Of a stretch of 64,000 nt of DNA, positions 13,234-27,477 are shown piece by piece. The stretch's first letter is position 1. The number at the start of each line of letters is the position of its first letter. Source of the DNA: the human T2T-CHM13v2.0 reference genome, Homo sapiens; the NCBI RefSeq assembly GCF_009914755.1, contig NC_060936.1. One strand, written 5' to 3'. The translations under genes and the position numbers were made by a program. Below the pieces are notes generated by a model that was not told the origin of the DNA, made no database searches, and was given only the letters and a program-made list of their open reading frames with translations.

Positions 13234-16200
13234 AAAATCAAGACTGAACAAGCAGACATTTCTACCAATCTTACAGAAATAAAAAGGACTATAAAGGAAT
13301 ACTATAAAAATACTATGCCAACAAATTGGATAATTTAGATTAAATGGACAAATTCTTAGAAAGATACATACTACCAAAACTGATCCAAGAAGAAACAGAA
13401 AATCTGAACGGATCTATAACAACTAAAGCAATTAAATTAGTAATTTTTAAACCTCCCCCAAAGAAAAGCCCAGGCTTAAATGGCTTCATCAGTGAGTACC
13501 AAACATTTAAAGAGGAATTAATACTAATTCTTCACAAACTTTCACAAAGAATAGCAAAGGAAGGAACACAACACAACACATTTCCTGAGGCCAGTATTGC
13601 CCTGATATCAAAACCAGACAAGTGGGAAAAAAAAAAAAGCTATAGACAATTATCCCTTATACAAAACTCTGTAACAAAACACTAGCAAAAAGACTCTAAG
13701 ACCACGTAAAAATTATTATATCATGACCAAGGGGAATTTATCATAGAAACGCAAAGTTGATTCAATATCTGAAAATCAATTAAGGTAACATATTATATCA
13801 ATAAAATAAACCACATGATAATGTCAATAGATGCAGAAAAAGTATCTGACAACATAAAATACCTTTTATGATAAAAAAAAAACACTCAATAAACCAGGAA
13901 TAGAGAAGAATTTCTCAACCTAATAGAGGACATCTATGAAAAACTCATAGCTAACATCATACGTGATGAAAGACTATATACTTGCAATAAGGAATCTGAA
14001 AATGGAATGAAGAAAACAATTCCATTTACAGAGCCTCTAAAGGAAATAAATTACTTAGAAATAAATTTAACAAAACGTGTGAAATCTACATTCTGAATAC
14101 TATAAAATGTTGAACGAAATGAACAAAGATCTAAAAAATAGAAAGTCTTCTGTTAATGAAACAGAAGACTTAATATTGTTAAGATGGTAGTAGTCTCAAA
14201 ATTAATCTACAGATTTAAAATAATCATTATCAAAATTTCATCTCTATTTTGCAGAAAATGACAAGCTGATTTTAAAATTTATATGGAATTTCAAGGGACT
14301 CAAAATAGCCAAAATAATCTTCAAAACAAAGAAAAAAGTTGAAGGATTTAGACTTCCTGATTTCAAAACATAATGCAAATCTACAATAATTAAGACAGTG
14401 GAGTGCTGACATAAGGATAGATATGTAGATTAATGGAGTAGAATTATGAGTCCAGAAATAAACCCTTACGTTTATGATAAATTTATTTTCAATAAGGATG
14501 CCGAGACATCTCAATGGGGAAAAAACAGTAATTTCAACAAATGGTTCTAGTACAACTGGATATTTATATTCAAGAATAAAGTTTGACCTACCCCTTTTTC
14601 ATGCCATCTAAAAAAAAAAAAAGACTCAAAATGGATCATATCTACATGTAAGAGCTAAAACTATAAAACTCATGGAAGAAATTATAACAATAAATCACTG
14701 TGACACTAGGTTAGGCAAAACCTTATTAGATATGACACCAAAAATACCAAGTGACAAAAGAAACAACAAATAAAATGAACTTCATCAAAATTTAAAACTT
14801 ATTCTTCAAAGGATACCATCAATAACGTGAAAATAACATCCAAAGAATAGGAGAAAAATTTTGAAAACCATATATCTGATATTGGACTTATATCTAGAAT
14901 GTACAAAGAACTATTAACACTCAATAACAAGAAGACAAATAATAAAAATGGGTAAATAATCTCAACAGACATTTCTCCAAAGAAAATTCATAAATGGCAA
15001 ATGGGGACATGAAAAGATGCTTTACATCATTATTTATCAAGGAAATGCAAATCAAAGCCACAATGAAGTACTAGTTCACATCTACTAGGATGGTGGATAA
15101 TAAAAACATAATACAAGTGTTGGACATGGAGAAACTTATACATTGCTTGGTAAGAAGATAAAGTGGTACAACTGCTTTGGAAAACAGTTTGGCCATTCTT
15201 CATGAGGTTAAACACAGCTACCATATGACACTGCAATTTCACTCCTAGGTATATAACCCAAGAGAAATGAAAACATATGTCCACATAAAATCTCATACAT
15301 GAATATCTATACCTGCATTATTCATAATAGCAAAAATGTAGGAACAACCCAAATGTCCGTCAACTGATGAATGGATAAATAAAACATAAAATGTGGTATA
15401 TACATACGATGGAATATTCTTTGGCAATAAAAATGAAATAACACTAAGTGAAACAAGCCAGTTAAAAAAGACCACATATTGTATGAATCCATTTATATGA
15501 CATGCTCAGAATAGGCATATCTACCGAGACAGAAAGTAGATCAGTAGTTGTCTAGGGGTAGAGACTTTTAGAGTGGGGAGGGGAAAATAAGGAGTGACTA
15601 CTTAATGGATACAAGGTTTTCTTTTTAGAATGATGAAAATGTTCTAAAATTGATGTGATAATGATTGCACAATTCTGTGAATATAATGAAGTCACTGGCT
15701 TGCACACTTTAAATGACTGAATTGTGTGTTACGTAGATTATATTTCAATAAAGCTATTAAAAATGCGAACTAACAATTTGAAACTCTTTCACAATTAAAA
15801 AAAAAAAAAGACAAAGTACCTGACTGCACAAAGAGGTTCTAGAGGTAGCCAACACCTGAGCCAACACAGCAGAACTGAGACACTCTGACTGTCTCCATTG
15901 CCTAAGGGCCTTGGAGTCTAAAGAGCAGTGCCAGAGAATCACCTCTTCTACATCACAATTATCTTCACTTCATCAATTGCTCCTTTGCTACACAAGGGAA
16001 TAGAGAAACCCAGGCCAAACCCATTGAATCCCCTCTCCCAAACCACAGGGGTAAAAATGGCATGTAGAGAAAATGGAGCAACTGGTGCCAGGAAGATAGA
16101 GATTGACCCATCCTGGAAGACAGAGTGATGTGAGATTGGAATTTTACCAAAAACCATACCCCATTGTTTCCACTTTCCTGAATATTTAGGAATTATGTGG

Positions 16201-16725
16201 ATCCCCCTCACCCTTTCACTTATTCACATGAAAATCTACCTACTGAAAGAAGTTCTTACCATCCCCACATCTCAGTCCAAACCTGAGGAAAACCTTCTAC
16301 ACTTCCAGAAAGATCTGCCAGAGGCTGCTCACTTAAAAGGAAGAAGGGAGAACCAGCACTGACTTGTCATTTCTCAGGAACTGGGGCATGAGTTCCCCAC
16401 ACAGCATCGAGCTGAAGACCTCAGAAGATGCATTTGGCAACCACTGGACAGAAAGACTAATAGAGAAAAGGGTCATGCTTAAGTTTCAGCTATTCTCCAA
16501 AACCGGACCTGGTGAGTTCTACATTTACTGAACAGTTTTAAAAAACGAAACTTCTGACCAAATCTGCAGCGTAAGAGTGACATTTCTCTAAGAATTTAAT
16601 ACAAAATTACAAAATCCTCCTCTTGAGTATTTTTACAATGAGGTATGTCATACATAGAGCATATGCGTTTGCTGCTCCCACCAAGATTCAAGAACACATT
16701 GTCTCCATTAAATAAGGACAGGAAA

Positions 16726-16855
16726 GCTGGGAGCCACAGCACATGTCTGTAATTCTGGCTACTTGGAAGGTTGAGGTGAGAGGATCGCTTGAGCCCAGGA
16801 GTTCAAGGCCAGCCAGGGAAACAAACAAAGTGAAACCCTATCTCAAAAAATAAGA
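16726..16855 (+). mobile_element. Alu monomer (FLAM-like)
   Basis: Single ~130-bp arm: ggatcgcttgagcccaggagttcaagg...ccctatctcaaaaaa. Confidence 0.8.
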
Positions 16856-16899
16856 AGAATAACAGGAGAATAAGAAAAGTAGGTAGTAAAATTAAAAAG

Positions 16900-17860
16900 T
16901 GCTTTAAAATAAATTAAGTTCTCACCAACGACAATATAAAACAGACTTTACACAACAGAAAATGGAATAAGAATGATGAAAAAACTTGAGAAAACACCCA
17001 CAAGAAAAAATAAAGAGAGGAAAAGGACAAGAAGCTTGAAGCCAGTCAATATGAAGGTCTGATCACAACTCCTGGCTATGAATAATGGATATTGTTGACG
17101 CAGAAACCAATGCAAATGAATTGGTCAAGACGGAAAAAGGAAAGAATCCTCTATTTTGACCTGATGACAATCTAGCAGGAAAATAATTGTGAGAAAAGTT
17201 AAAAACTTATCCAAAGGTCACACAACTTATAATTTGCAGAGCTGAGATAAAAACCTAGGTTTCTATGGCCTCTAAATGTATGCTTTTGTTAATCACATCA
17301 CACAGCTTTCAAAAGATATACTAAAAGAAAACTTCCAAAACCTGGAAAAGGGCTGTTGATTTTCATGTGTTCAAAAAATTTCATTTAAAAAAAATCCAAA
17401 AGCAATATCCATAATTTGCAAAATTTCAAATTTTTAAAACCAAGACAAACTGAGTTTGAATTTTCCCCTGTAATAATAAATGCCAGAAACCAGTGGGGTA
17501 ATGTCTATAACTGTGATGTCCAAAACAGTAGCTGCTATCCATATGTGGCTATTTAAGCAATGAAAATAAAATAAAATAAAAATTTTGGTTCCTCAGTGAC
17601 ACTAGTCATATTTCAAGGGTTCAAAAGCCGCATGTGGCTACTGGTGACTGTACTAGACACAGAGATAACAAGATATTTATGTCATTGCAGAAAGTTCTAT
17701 TAGAAAGGCTGGACCACAGAGTTTTGAATAAAAGATCTTGGCCAAATAATTTCATAGGGAAGTTGGAATTTCTGTTTGAAGGTTAGAAAAAAATACTTTT
17801 CAGTTATGTACAAACTGTAGAAAGTATACTACCCAGGTACTTTTCTGATAAAAAAAAAAT
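16900..17860 (+). mobile_element. Degenerate HAL1/L1 ORF1-like fragments (interrupted by MIR and MER3)
   Basis: A-rich ORF1-like motifs aaagaaaacttccaaaacctg and aatgccagaaaccagtgg. Confidence 0.45.
17511..17711. mobile_element. MER3-like hAT-Charlie MITE
   Basis: tgtcca...atgtggctatttaa...ttcctcagt...catgtggctactgg...gcagaaagttctattag. Confidence 0.75.
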
Positions 17861-17879
17861 ATATATTTGTTTATGCATA

Positions 17880-18620
17880 CAACCCTCCTGGCTAGCTCTC
17901 ATTTTAAATTCACGACCACAAATCACAAATGGGCACTAAGAATTGCCTGGAATCCCACTGCAGATCCCTGATAGGTTCATTTTACTTATTCTTTTCTCTT
18001 GCCAAACTTTCAAACTAGCCTCCCATACACACACTTGCCCATCACCCCACTCCCAATCACCAAAGACCTCATCTCATTCTTCAAAGAGAAAATAAAACAG
18101 GACAGGAATCTATCTGCATCAGATCAGGCCCATATTCTGTCTTCTCTCCTTACAAGTTAAGAGTCTCAACTTCTACAAACACCAACCTTTTTAGCTGCCC
18201 TGGCTCTCTGTCCATTTCAGAAACAATACTTCTGCCATTATTTCCTCTCTTCCTGGCTGCATTAACATCTTCCTCTTTACTGAATTGTGCCCACTAGCAT
18301 TAAAACATGCTCCAATGCCTTCTTTTAAAAAGTACGAGCATTTGAGCCTAAGTGCCCTTAAACTATAATGATCTTCTATAATTTTTCTTCTCACCTCATT
18401 TGAGTCTAAGCTCAAAAGGACCCCCCTCCTCAAAGTACGCTTTGCTGACCACCCCATCAAAAGCTGCCCACACCTCACATGCCCTCAATTCTCTACCACA
18501 TTCAGACATTTTCTTCATAACAATGATAACATCAGGAAAAAACAGTTCCAAGACTGAGGAGATCTGGTCTGTCTTGTTCATACCTACATCTCAATGGAGC
18601 AAACAATAATAAAAAATAAT
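17880..18620 (+). mobile_element. L2 fragments
   Basis: C/T-rich L2-like sequence (ttttaaattcacgaccacaaatcacaaatgggc; tctgtcttgttca). Confidence 0.55.
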
Positions 18621-18689
18621 AAGAGTTTTAATGTGCTGTAGTCCAAATTGGGTTATCTTATCAATTTTCACAGCACTGAGAAACATGTG

Positions 18690-18900
18690 ATTAATATCTT
18701 ATTTTATAGCCCAAAATAACTAAGACCCAGGGAAGTTATGCAACTTGCCCAAGGCCACCCACATAAGGAAGTTGGAATTTCCATTTGAAGGTTAGAAAAC
18801 CCTGGTGGTAGAGTCTTACTAGTGGGGGTAGAGCCAGGTTGAAACCCAAGCAGACTATCTCCAAAGCCCATGCACTCAACAATTATACTTTGCTGCCTCT
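18690..18900 (-). mobile_element. MIR carrying a foreign insert
   Basis: aacttgcccaaggccac...agagccaggttgaaacccaagcagact. Confidence 0.7.
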
Positions 18901-20062
18901 CTATATAATAAACGCTATTCAAACACACTTTTTGTTAATTGAATGAAAATTTTGACCAAGTTATGAAGAAATAAAGCAAAATTGTAAATCAAGAAAGAGA
19001 AGATTAAGTAAGTGAATATTAAAACCAACTAGAAGTCATAAAGATAATGGCAAAGGGTATTAACCATCACCAAGGAAAAGTGTAATACAGAACTATCTAA
19101 ATAATTAATGTACATATGAAAGCACAAGGAGAAGCCTAAAAATGCAAAAGAGGATTCAGAGTAAAGACACCAAAAAGAAAAACAGAGAGAGAAGATATAA
19201 TTATATATCATGGTTCCATCTACTTATACTTTTTGTTAATCCTTGGTCATAGTGTGAGATATTTTGGTAACAGATCATCACACCTGCTACACTGAACACT
19301 CATTCCCCTGTTCATTTGTCTTACACCTTCCTGCACTCATAATTTTTCTCACGCTGTTCTCCTTTCAAAGCCCCCAATTTTTCTTCTTCCCTCCCATTAA
19401 GTTGTTCCACATTCAGGAGCTCAAAGATTTCTCTTTCTTGATTTCAAAATCTTTGCTACAGCTCACAGAGTGACAGATCATATGACAGCACAAATTTCTG
19501 TCAGGCATTACTCTTTTCACATGTTTATTGTCACCTCGAACTAGGCAAGGACCTCTCGAGGGAAGCAACTCTAACTCTGTCTTGTACATCTCTTTCTCTT
19601 CTCAGGGTCTAGCACAGTATTTTATAAATAAATTAGGTAAGTACTACAGGGCAAAAGGAATACCACATGTGTTCAATCTAATAGGGCCATATCACATAAT
19701 ATCTAGGACCATATCACATAAAAATCAAAGAATACCATGTTTCTATGAAACAGATCATGTTAAGATTTAGCTATATTTCTCCGAATCTTCATTTTTTCTA
19801 GCTAAATAACAGGAAAAATATTAGCTGCTACTACTATCTAATCACTTACTCTTATTGTGTATCTGCTAATGTGTCTAACCAACAATTTCTATCTGCCTCC
19901 AAAACATCTTTCAAATGCCATCCCTTTGGAGAGCTTTCAATTAATTATGGAGAGGCAATTGAACTGTACTCTATAAACTTCCATCCATGTTAGCTTTGCA
20001 CTCTAATTTAGATTGTTCTGTCTCCTCACCTGCAGCAGTTCTAGTAAAGAGGATTTTAAAAT

Positions 20063-20118
20063 TCAGCAAGTTCATTAGGATACTTCAACATCAGCAAGTC
20101 CACGAGGATACTTCAACA
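20063..20118. repeat. 28-bp tandem duplication
   Basis: tcagcaagttcattaggatacttcaaca / tcagcaagtccacgaggatacttcaaca. Confidence 0.9.
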
Positions 20119-20233
20119 GCAGACAACCAGTGCAAACACTGTTGAAAGGAGCTGTTACAATTCTTCTCTGTTTTCTGGCATATAGATTTTGGATATTGTG
20201 GCTTGACTCTGAATTTTCCCCAAGTTCATGATA

Positions 20234-20446
20234 TAGGGTTGTCAAGATTTAGCAAATACAAAAAAAGTAAGATGTCAGGTTCAATTTGAATGTTAGATAA
20301 ACAATGAAAACTGTTTCAGGATAAGGATGCCCCATGCAATATTTGGGTAATATACTCCATAAGATATCCTTATCCTAAAACATTATTTGTTATTTATCTG
20401 AAATTCTAATTTAACTGAGTATCCTGTATTTTATCTGGCAACTTAT
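20234..20446. mobile_element. MER53-like palindromic DNA-transposon MITE
   Basis: Inverted ends tagggttgtcaagat...atctggcaactta; long internal inverted symmetry. Confidence 0.75.
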
Positions 20447-20892
20447 CCTAGTGGGTAGAAATCAGACTACCTATATTTCTGAAACCATCTTCACTTAGCA
20501 ATTATGTCAGACTGTCTGAACCTGTGCTTTTGTAAAATGCTTCCAGGCCAGTTCAACTTATCCCTGTCTTACTATACTTGTTTATACTAGCTCTGGTCTT
20601 ACCAGATATTTTTGGAAAGAGTTCTGATTGTCTCTCCAGATTTGCTCTAGCTCAGCTCTTTGCCTTAAAAGGGCCAACCATCCACCCGTGCTTCCCCACA
20701 TAAATTATACTGAGAGCTTGTGGGCTATCTAAATTCTGTTCATAGGCTCCAAGAGTAAAAGAAAGAGGGGAAAAAAGCATCAGGATCCATGCACAATCAC
20801 TGAGAAGAAGGCAATGGATGCAAGGCAATAAATATTTTCTGTGAGACCCTGGGGTTACAGAACATTTATCAGTACATTCAACCAGTGTAGAC

Positions 20893-21225
20893 CAGAGGTC
20901 ACAAGCTGACAGTCCCAGACATGCATTATTTGGCTCACATCGTGTGATCCTCTGTAGTCTTTTTAAATGTTTTCAATTAATTATCCAAACATAATAATCA
21001 GGATACTACCTAAAGGCTCCCTCTGTGTTTTCTCTTGAGTAGGAAGACCCAGCAACTCTGTGCCTGCATCCCTACATGGTAACTAGAGATTGGAGCTAAA
21101 CAGCAGCTGTCACAGGATGGAGTACTCGTGTATTCTCTCAAGACCCCCAAAGACCCCACCACTCACTCTTGTCTCACCTGCATCCCACTGTACCTATAGC
21201 AGCCTTGGAGTCTGTGACTCTCTCA
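20893..21225. mobile_element. MER102-like hAT element
   Basis: cagaggtcacaa...gcatccctacatggtaac...ttggagctaaacagcagctg...gtgactctc. Confidence 0.6.
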
Positions 21226-22837
21226 TAGACACCCTTGGCTTTTCACAAGTCCACACAACCAGCCAACTCGGTTCCTCCTTTCTATCTGCAGACATTTCAT
21301 GAGCATGTCCAGCATATCACACCTGACAGGTCCCAACCTTCCATTGTCCCTACCAGTCATTTATACATTGTTCCACCCAGAAGAAGAAGAGTATGTTCAC
21401 CCAGATGTAAAACCAAGCTGAATACAACACGACATAGAGAGCTTTGCACATGGAAAAAGGAAAAAAAAATCCCAAAGAAAATATGCACCCAGTTGTAAAT
21501 CCAGAGAAAAATGTGAGGATTAGAGTCCTGAAAGTACTGTATATTGAATAAACAATATTAGATTCAAACTCAATTGTAGGAAATGCAGTACTTTCGCTAT
21601 TATTAGAACAATGATAGATGCAACTAATTTTTATTCAAAAGAATTGTAGCACAACTATTTTTTCCCACTCAAAACATAGTGTTTGTGAATTATACAATCT
21701 GTCAAAAACTGAAGACAACCTGAAGCAACACATTTGAATTGGCAAATCTTCATGTTGAAATTCACTGACCTAAATATTAAAGGATGCAAATGACACACTG
21801 CCACAAACTATACCAATAGAATAGGTAGTAAACACTGCACACCGGTAATGGAACACAGAATGCTGGTGTAGTGCATCAACTCACATTTATTCTGCAAACT
21901 TCCTCAACTTCTCACAAAGGTTCTGTTATGCTAAATAGGAGATAATATTGGCCTTTTCCACAAGGCAATTCATACAACAAAGCACACTAAAATTCTCTAA
22001 TCCATTTAAAGAAACAAAAACAATTATTTCCCTTTCTTACAACAGCCACATATGATTAATTGGGTTCATGATTCAGGACATCTATTTTCTTTTCTCATTT
22101 TTAGATAGTCATGCAATCATTTCTAAGAGAACCCAGACATATCCAGTAGAATTACACCATGGTTTTCTTCTTTCCTTTTCTTTATCTACTTTTATTTTTC
22201 TTTCCTTTCTTTCCTTTGCTTTTAATATTTAACTTCAGAGACTTCTCTAAGTAAAGAAGTCCTTTGTACTTATCAGGATGAAATCAGAATCACAGTTGGC
22301 TTTTTGCCATAAGGGAAGGGTATTTGGAGAAGAGTCAACCACCACTCATGCCTCTCCCCTGCCCAGCAGCACCTTGGATTTTCCTGGCTTTATGCCTCCT
22401 GTTTCCCCTGGCTGAGTAACTGCAGGCATTAGGTTCCTCTACACACGATATATTACAGGGAAATGGCAGCGATGGTCTGGAAGGGCAACACTGGCCTTCT
22501 TTCCTCCTGAGCACTAAAATCCTAAACATGCAACTTAAAAAAAAAATTCTAAATGTGAACACCACCTTTCAGTAATTTATATTAATGTATCATCTCACCC
22601 TCTTTTCCTCCTCTTCCAACGCCCTTCTTTCTACCCAAACTCCAATATACCAATTTGTTTGAACAGTTTTACATTCTAAGTGTCCAACTATTGCTAAAGG
22701 AATGGATAAATTGTTGTACTTAGACTATTATGTTTTTTCATTTATAGTATTAATACTTTTCCAATTAACTTCCTGATTAAGTAATTCTACACTGTTAATT
22801 CTGTAATACATTTTGACATCTTAAAAATGATCATTCT

Positions 22838-23216
<379 letters not shown>

Positions 23217-23240
23217 TTATCAAAAGAAAGAAAATAGACA

Positions 23241-23648
23241 TGCATTAATTTCCTGATGCTACTATAATAAGTTACCACAAATGTGGTGGCTTAAAACAAC
23301 TTTATTCTCTCACAGTTTTGGAGACTAGAAGCCTGGAATCACACTGGGCCACGTTCCTTCCAGGTGCCCTTGCAACTTCTTTCAGCTCCTAGTAGCTGCC
23401 CTGGCATTCCTGGGCTTTTGGCAGCATCATTCTAACTGATGCCTCCGTCTTCACATCACCTTCTCCTCTGTGACTCTCTCTCATAAGGACATTTGTGATG
23501 GCATTTAGGGGCTTACCTGGTAGTCCAGGGTAATCTCATCTCAAGATCCTTAACTACTAATCTGCAAAGACTCTTTATCTAAATAGGGTAAAATTTACAA
23601 TTTACATGAATTAGGACTTGATCTCTTTGGGTGACCACTTTGTACCAC
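23241..23648 (-). mobile_element. MaLR solo LTR (MLT1B/C-like)
   Basis: ggcttaaaacaactttattctctcacagttttggag...aatctcatctcaagatccttaac. Confidence 0.8.
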
Positions 23649-24834
23649 AAAATGAGTACAGTACGACACTTAAAATGTCTTAATTGGCTGAAAAGCACCA
23701 GCCGGTTACTCACTAGCTTTCAATTATATAGCACATTTGCAGGCAGATACTACATTTTTACCGGACAGGCCCCAGTTGTAACAGTCACCCTGAGAACTTG
23801 GTAGGTGAAGGATTTGAGATTCTAAGTCTGGAAAATCACCTGGATGGCAAAGTGAGTTGGATTAAATTAATAAATTATTCAATGATTAAAATCATGCCCC
23901 TCAGAACTTGATGAAGACCTAGTTTGATGAGGACTCCAGGAAAGAGATAGAGTTCCATTGTTACAAAATCATCAACAAGCCTGGCCATGGAAAGGAGGAG
24001 AGTATAGAAAGGAAGGAAGTACAACATGCTGAAAGGCAATCCATCCATGACCCTGGTTGGATGGGAATTAAAGAAAAGAGGAGTGAAAAAAATAACCTTA
24101 TTGGGACACCACACAGAAAAAAACATGAGTTAAATGTTGAGCACCATATGACAGCAAAACCCATTACAAATAACTTTTTTTAAAGTTTAAAGGGAAATAA
24201 AAGTATTATAGAGTTGGGAACGGAATTCATTTTGAGAAAACTGAATGAATATAGAGTATATGACTTATTTGGACAAGCTTATCTAAGATAAGGCACAATC
24301 ATGAACAAATACTGAAATGTATGCATAACAGAAAGAGCAAAAAATTTAATACACTATAAAAGAAATAAAAGCAATGGGGAAATCCATCTTCCAGTGCAAC
24401 CATGAGAGCATTTTTCAAAAGTCATAAGATGAACTTTGTTGCATTAACTTTAAAAAAAAAAAGACAAAAATAAAATATCAACTTTTGTCACTGTGGGCAG
24501 GAAATATGAAATAACTTTTACCTTTCTATAAAGATCTGACCAAAGCAGTGATAAACAGGAGGTAGAAAGTAGCCTTCAGACCACATGGAAAATTTACAAC
24601 TTGCTGCCCTCTCCCCTTCATAACATTCAAATACCTTAGAAAACAACCTCAAATATTTTAAAAACTAGTTTTCCATCCCTTCTTCCATAGCTAATCTAAA
24701 TTTGGAGCATAGAAAAGGAACAATATAGTGGTAACATCTTCCAGCCATCACAGATATGTTGTTGATATGTCAAAAACTACGCCACTAGCAAATTTCTGAA
24801 ATATAAAGACAGTAAGGAAATCCACTACAATGAT

Positions 24835-25270
24835 AATATCATCTGACATTCACTGTGTGCTTATGCTTGGCTAGGCATTGTGCTGAGCACTTAACTTGGG
24901 TGATCTCTTTACAACTCACAAAAATCTTAAGAGGAAGGTACTATTTGCATAGAAATTTTATAGTAAGAGAAAAATGAAGTCAAGCTACCAGGACTAGAAG
25001 TATCAGAGCCAGGATTCAAACACAGGCAGCCTGTGGAACACCAACCATGGCCACTGCTGTGTGATTGCACTTGTCGTTGCTGAGTGCCCACTGAGTGCCA
25101 GGCACTGCACTAGGCATTCTCACTCGTGGAAGAAGAGATTCCTCACGACCTTCCTGGGAGGTAGGTATCATTATCAAACCCAGCTAAGAAAACTGCCACA
25201 CAAAAAGATTATCCATCTTGCCCAGAGTCACAGAGTTAGTAAATGGTAAATCAGCATTAAAACAGAACAA
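24835..25270 (-). mobile_element. Two adjacent MIR fragments
   Basis: aggcattgtgctgagcactt...agagccaggattcaaa; gtgccaggcactgcactagg...cttgcccagagtcacagagttagtaaatgg. Confidence 0.7.
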
Positions 25271-25696
25271 GGAAGACCTGAAAGTATACTTAACAACTAC
25301 ACCAATGGTAAAGACTAGTGACTTACATCACATTTAAATAAGACTCTTTGACCAAGTACAGAAAAGGAATCCAATCATCTAATCTGCCCGTTAAACCTTA
25401 AATCTCCATTGCCCTGAACTTCCATGCATAATATCCACATACCAGCTCCTTGGCTTTTCAAAGGTGAGGATTGGATTAGGTAGCATCAATGCTTTTAATA
25501 CATCTTAATGGGAAAGACAGTACCAGTTTTCTTAAGGACCTGACACAGTAAGCGTAAATAAATATATAGGGAAAGGGGTAGAAAGAGACATCCAGAAACA
25601 AGTCAGAAAAAAATACAAGCATCAAAGGCAAGTGAAAAACCACTTTCCCAACAGCTGCCTGTGTCCAGTCAAGTAGGCTGCTAGGCACCAACATTA

Positions 25697-26030
<334 letters not shown>

Positions 26031-26407
26031 ACATTTTAAAAGTCACATTGACAGCCTTCATCTGAGGGTAATTTCTAATGCACCTACGAGGCTACTGGCT
26101 GGCACAAACCTAAGGACAGAACGGAGCAGGCTCCAAAGGGAGGGATGGAGGAAATAATTTGGCCCAAGGCAGAGAGAAGCAACAAAAAAGGGCTTTTGTT
26201 TGATCATGGTGTGTGTGTTGCTTTTCCGTTTACCCATGCACAAAGTCATAAAGACAATCTGTTGCCTTGGTTTCTACAGCAAATACATGCATGGGCAATG
26301 TTTCCTCTAGTTCTGATGAATTCAGAGCTTAAGTAGAGTTTGGCCAATCACTGCTCACCTTCAGTTTCCCTTGAATGTCTAGAATGGGAAATAAAACTAC
26401 AGAACAA

Positions 26408-26548
26408 AATCAATCATCATAAAAGCTTCTATAACATAGGATAATATACATGTATTTAAACTTTTCTTTTTGACAAAAGACAGAATACCATCAAATCCCA
26501 CTCTATTCATTGAAAAGTTGGTGCCAGTCTAAATGCTAACAACTTTCA
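26408..26548 (+). repeat. Copy 1 of a 141-bp direct repeat
   Basis: 136/141 identical to 27478-27618, no indels. Confidence 0.97.
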
Positions 26549-26682
26549 CTAGAGAGGAGAGCACAGTGGTGATGGGCAGAGGGTAGAGGGATAAAAAGTG
26601 CCTTAAATAACTCATTACATCATTATGATTTTCTTCCTGTTGTCACACATACACAACCACTCAAATACACAAGAAGTAAAAA

Positions 26683-26697
26683 AGAACACTCCGTACC
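26683..26697. promoter_or_regulatory. Candidate androgen/glucocorticoid response element
   Basis: AGAACActcCGTACC, one mismatch from AGAACAnnnTGTACC; motif only. Confidence 0.35.
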
Positions 26698-27477
26698 AGT
26701 GTTCAATATGTATCTCCCAAAATTCACGGCAACAAGATTCATATGCGGGGGATAAAGGACTCTAACTCAGCATTTATTCAGAAAAGTAATATCCACAATA
26801 TGTGTATGAATAGATACAACCTGCCTTTCTCTTCAATACTTTTTAATAATCCATTGCATTTCTAATAAGGGCAGAAAGGTAATGCAAAGAAATAACTCCC
26901 CTCATCCCCCCCAAAAAACAAAGAATGAGGCAAATCAAAGACAAAGGAAGAAAAAGAAGAGTGATGGGCAAATATGATGTCGGTGTTGAGACTTTCACAT
27001 GCAATTGTTGTTTTAATAAATATACAATGTCTAAGAGTTTATTAGACAGATGAGTTCACTACACATCTGTTGTTCCTCTTGTTACTATTATCAGTCATAT
27101 GTCACTTATTTCCAATGCCATCCCCACCAACATCCCTGCCACCACAGGAAAATCATGGTCATGGTGTGACAGCAGTCTTGCCACACAAATCAAAGATAAT
27201 TTTCTTGCACAATCGATGCCTTTGATATCTATACTATCAACTTGCGGGAATTTAACTACAGTCCACAATCATTAAATTTTACAAACAGCTGTGTTCTAGG
27301 CCTACAATGTGCATCAACATCTCTGAAATAATATTGCCTGTATAAGGATAAATTTAACAACAACAAAAAAAAATCATGGCATATTCAGCTGAGGAAAATG
27401 AAATAGGAACCCACAGAGTTTTTGCAGAAATAACAACTCATGAATAAAGCATCTGCACAGTATACTGCTTCAGAAGG

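Larger units (their letters stand above)
11975..15763 (+). mobile_element. Old LINE-1, L1MB-type (degenerate ORF2 and 3'UTR; apparent internal RT deletion near 13980; two Alu insertions)
   Basis: ORF 13344-13685 MDKFLERYILPKLIQEETENLN...KSPGLNGF is ORF2-like; L1MB-style 3' end gaaaatgttctaaaattg...tcaataaagctattaaaaa. Confidence 0.9.

Noticed and set aside
13344-13685. 113-aa ORF
   Set aside because: Degenerate L1MB ORF2 fragment surrounded by stops and frameshifts.
20602-20662. Minus-strand pseudo-exon reading QRAELEQIWRDNQNSFQKYL
   Set aside because: Short pyrimidine tract, not frame-preserving, no recognised homology.
22264-22722. 450-bp UTR-like segment flanked by ttgtactta, as a retrocopy with TSD
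   Set aside because: Only a 9-bp AT-rich match, no terminal polyA, no identifiable parent gene; likely chance.
26408-26548. 141-bp repeat unit as a duplicated snoRNA
   Set aside because: No properly placed C/D or H/ACA boxes on either strand.
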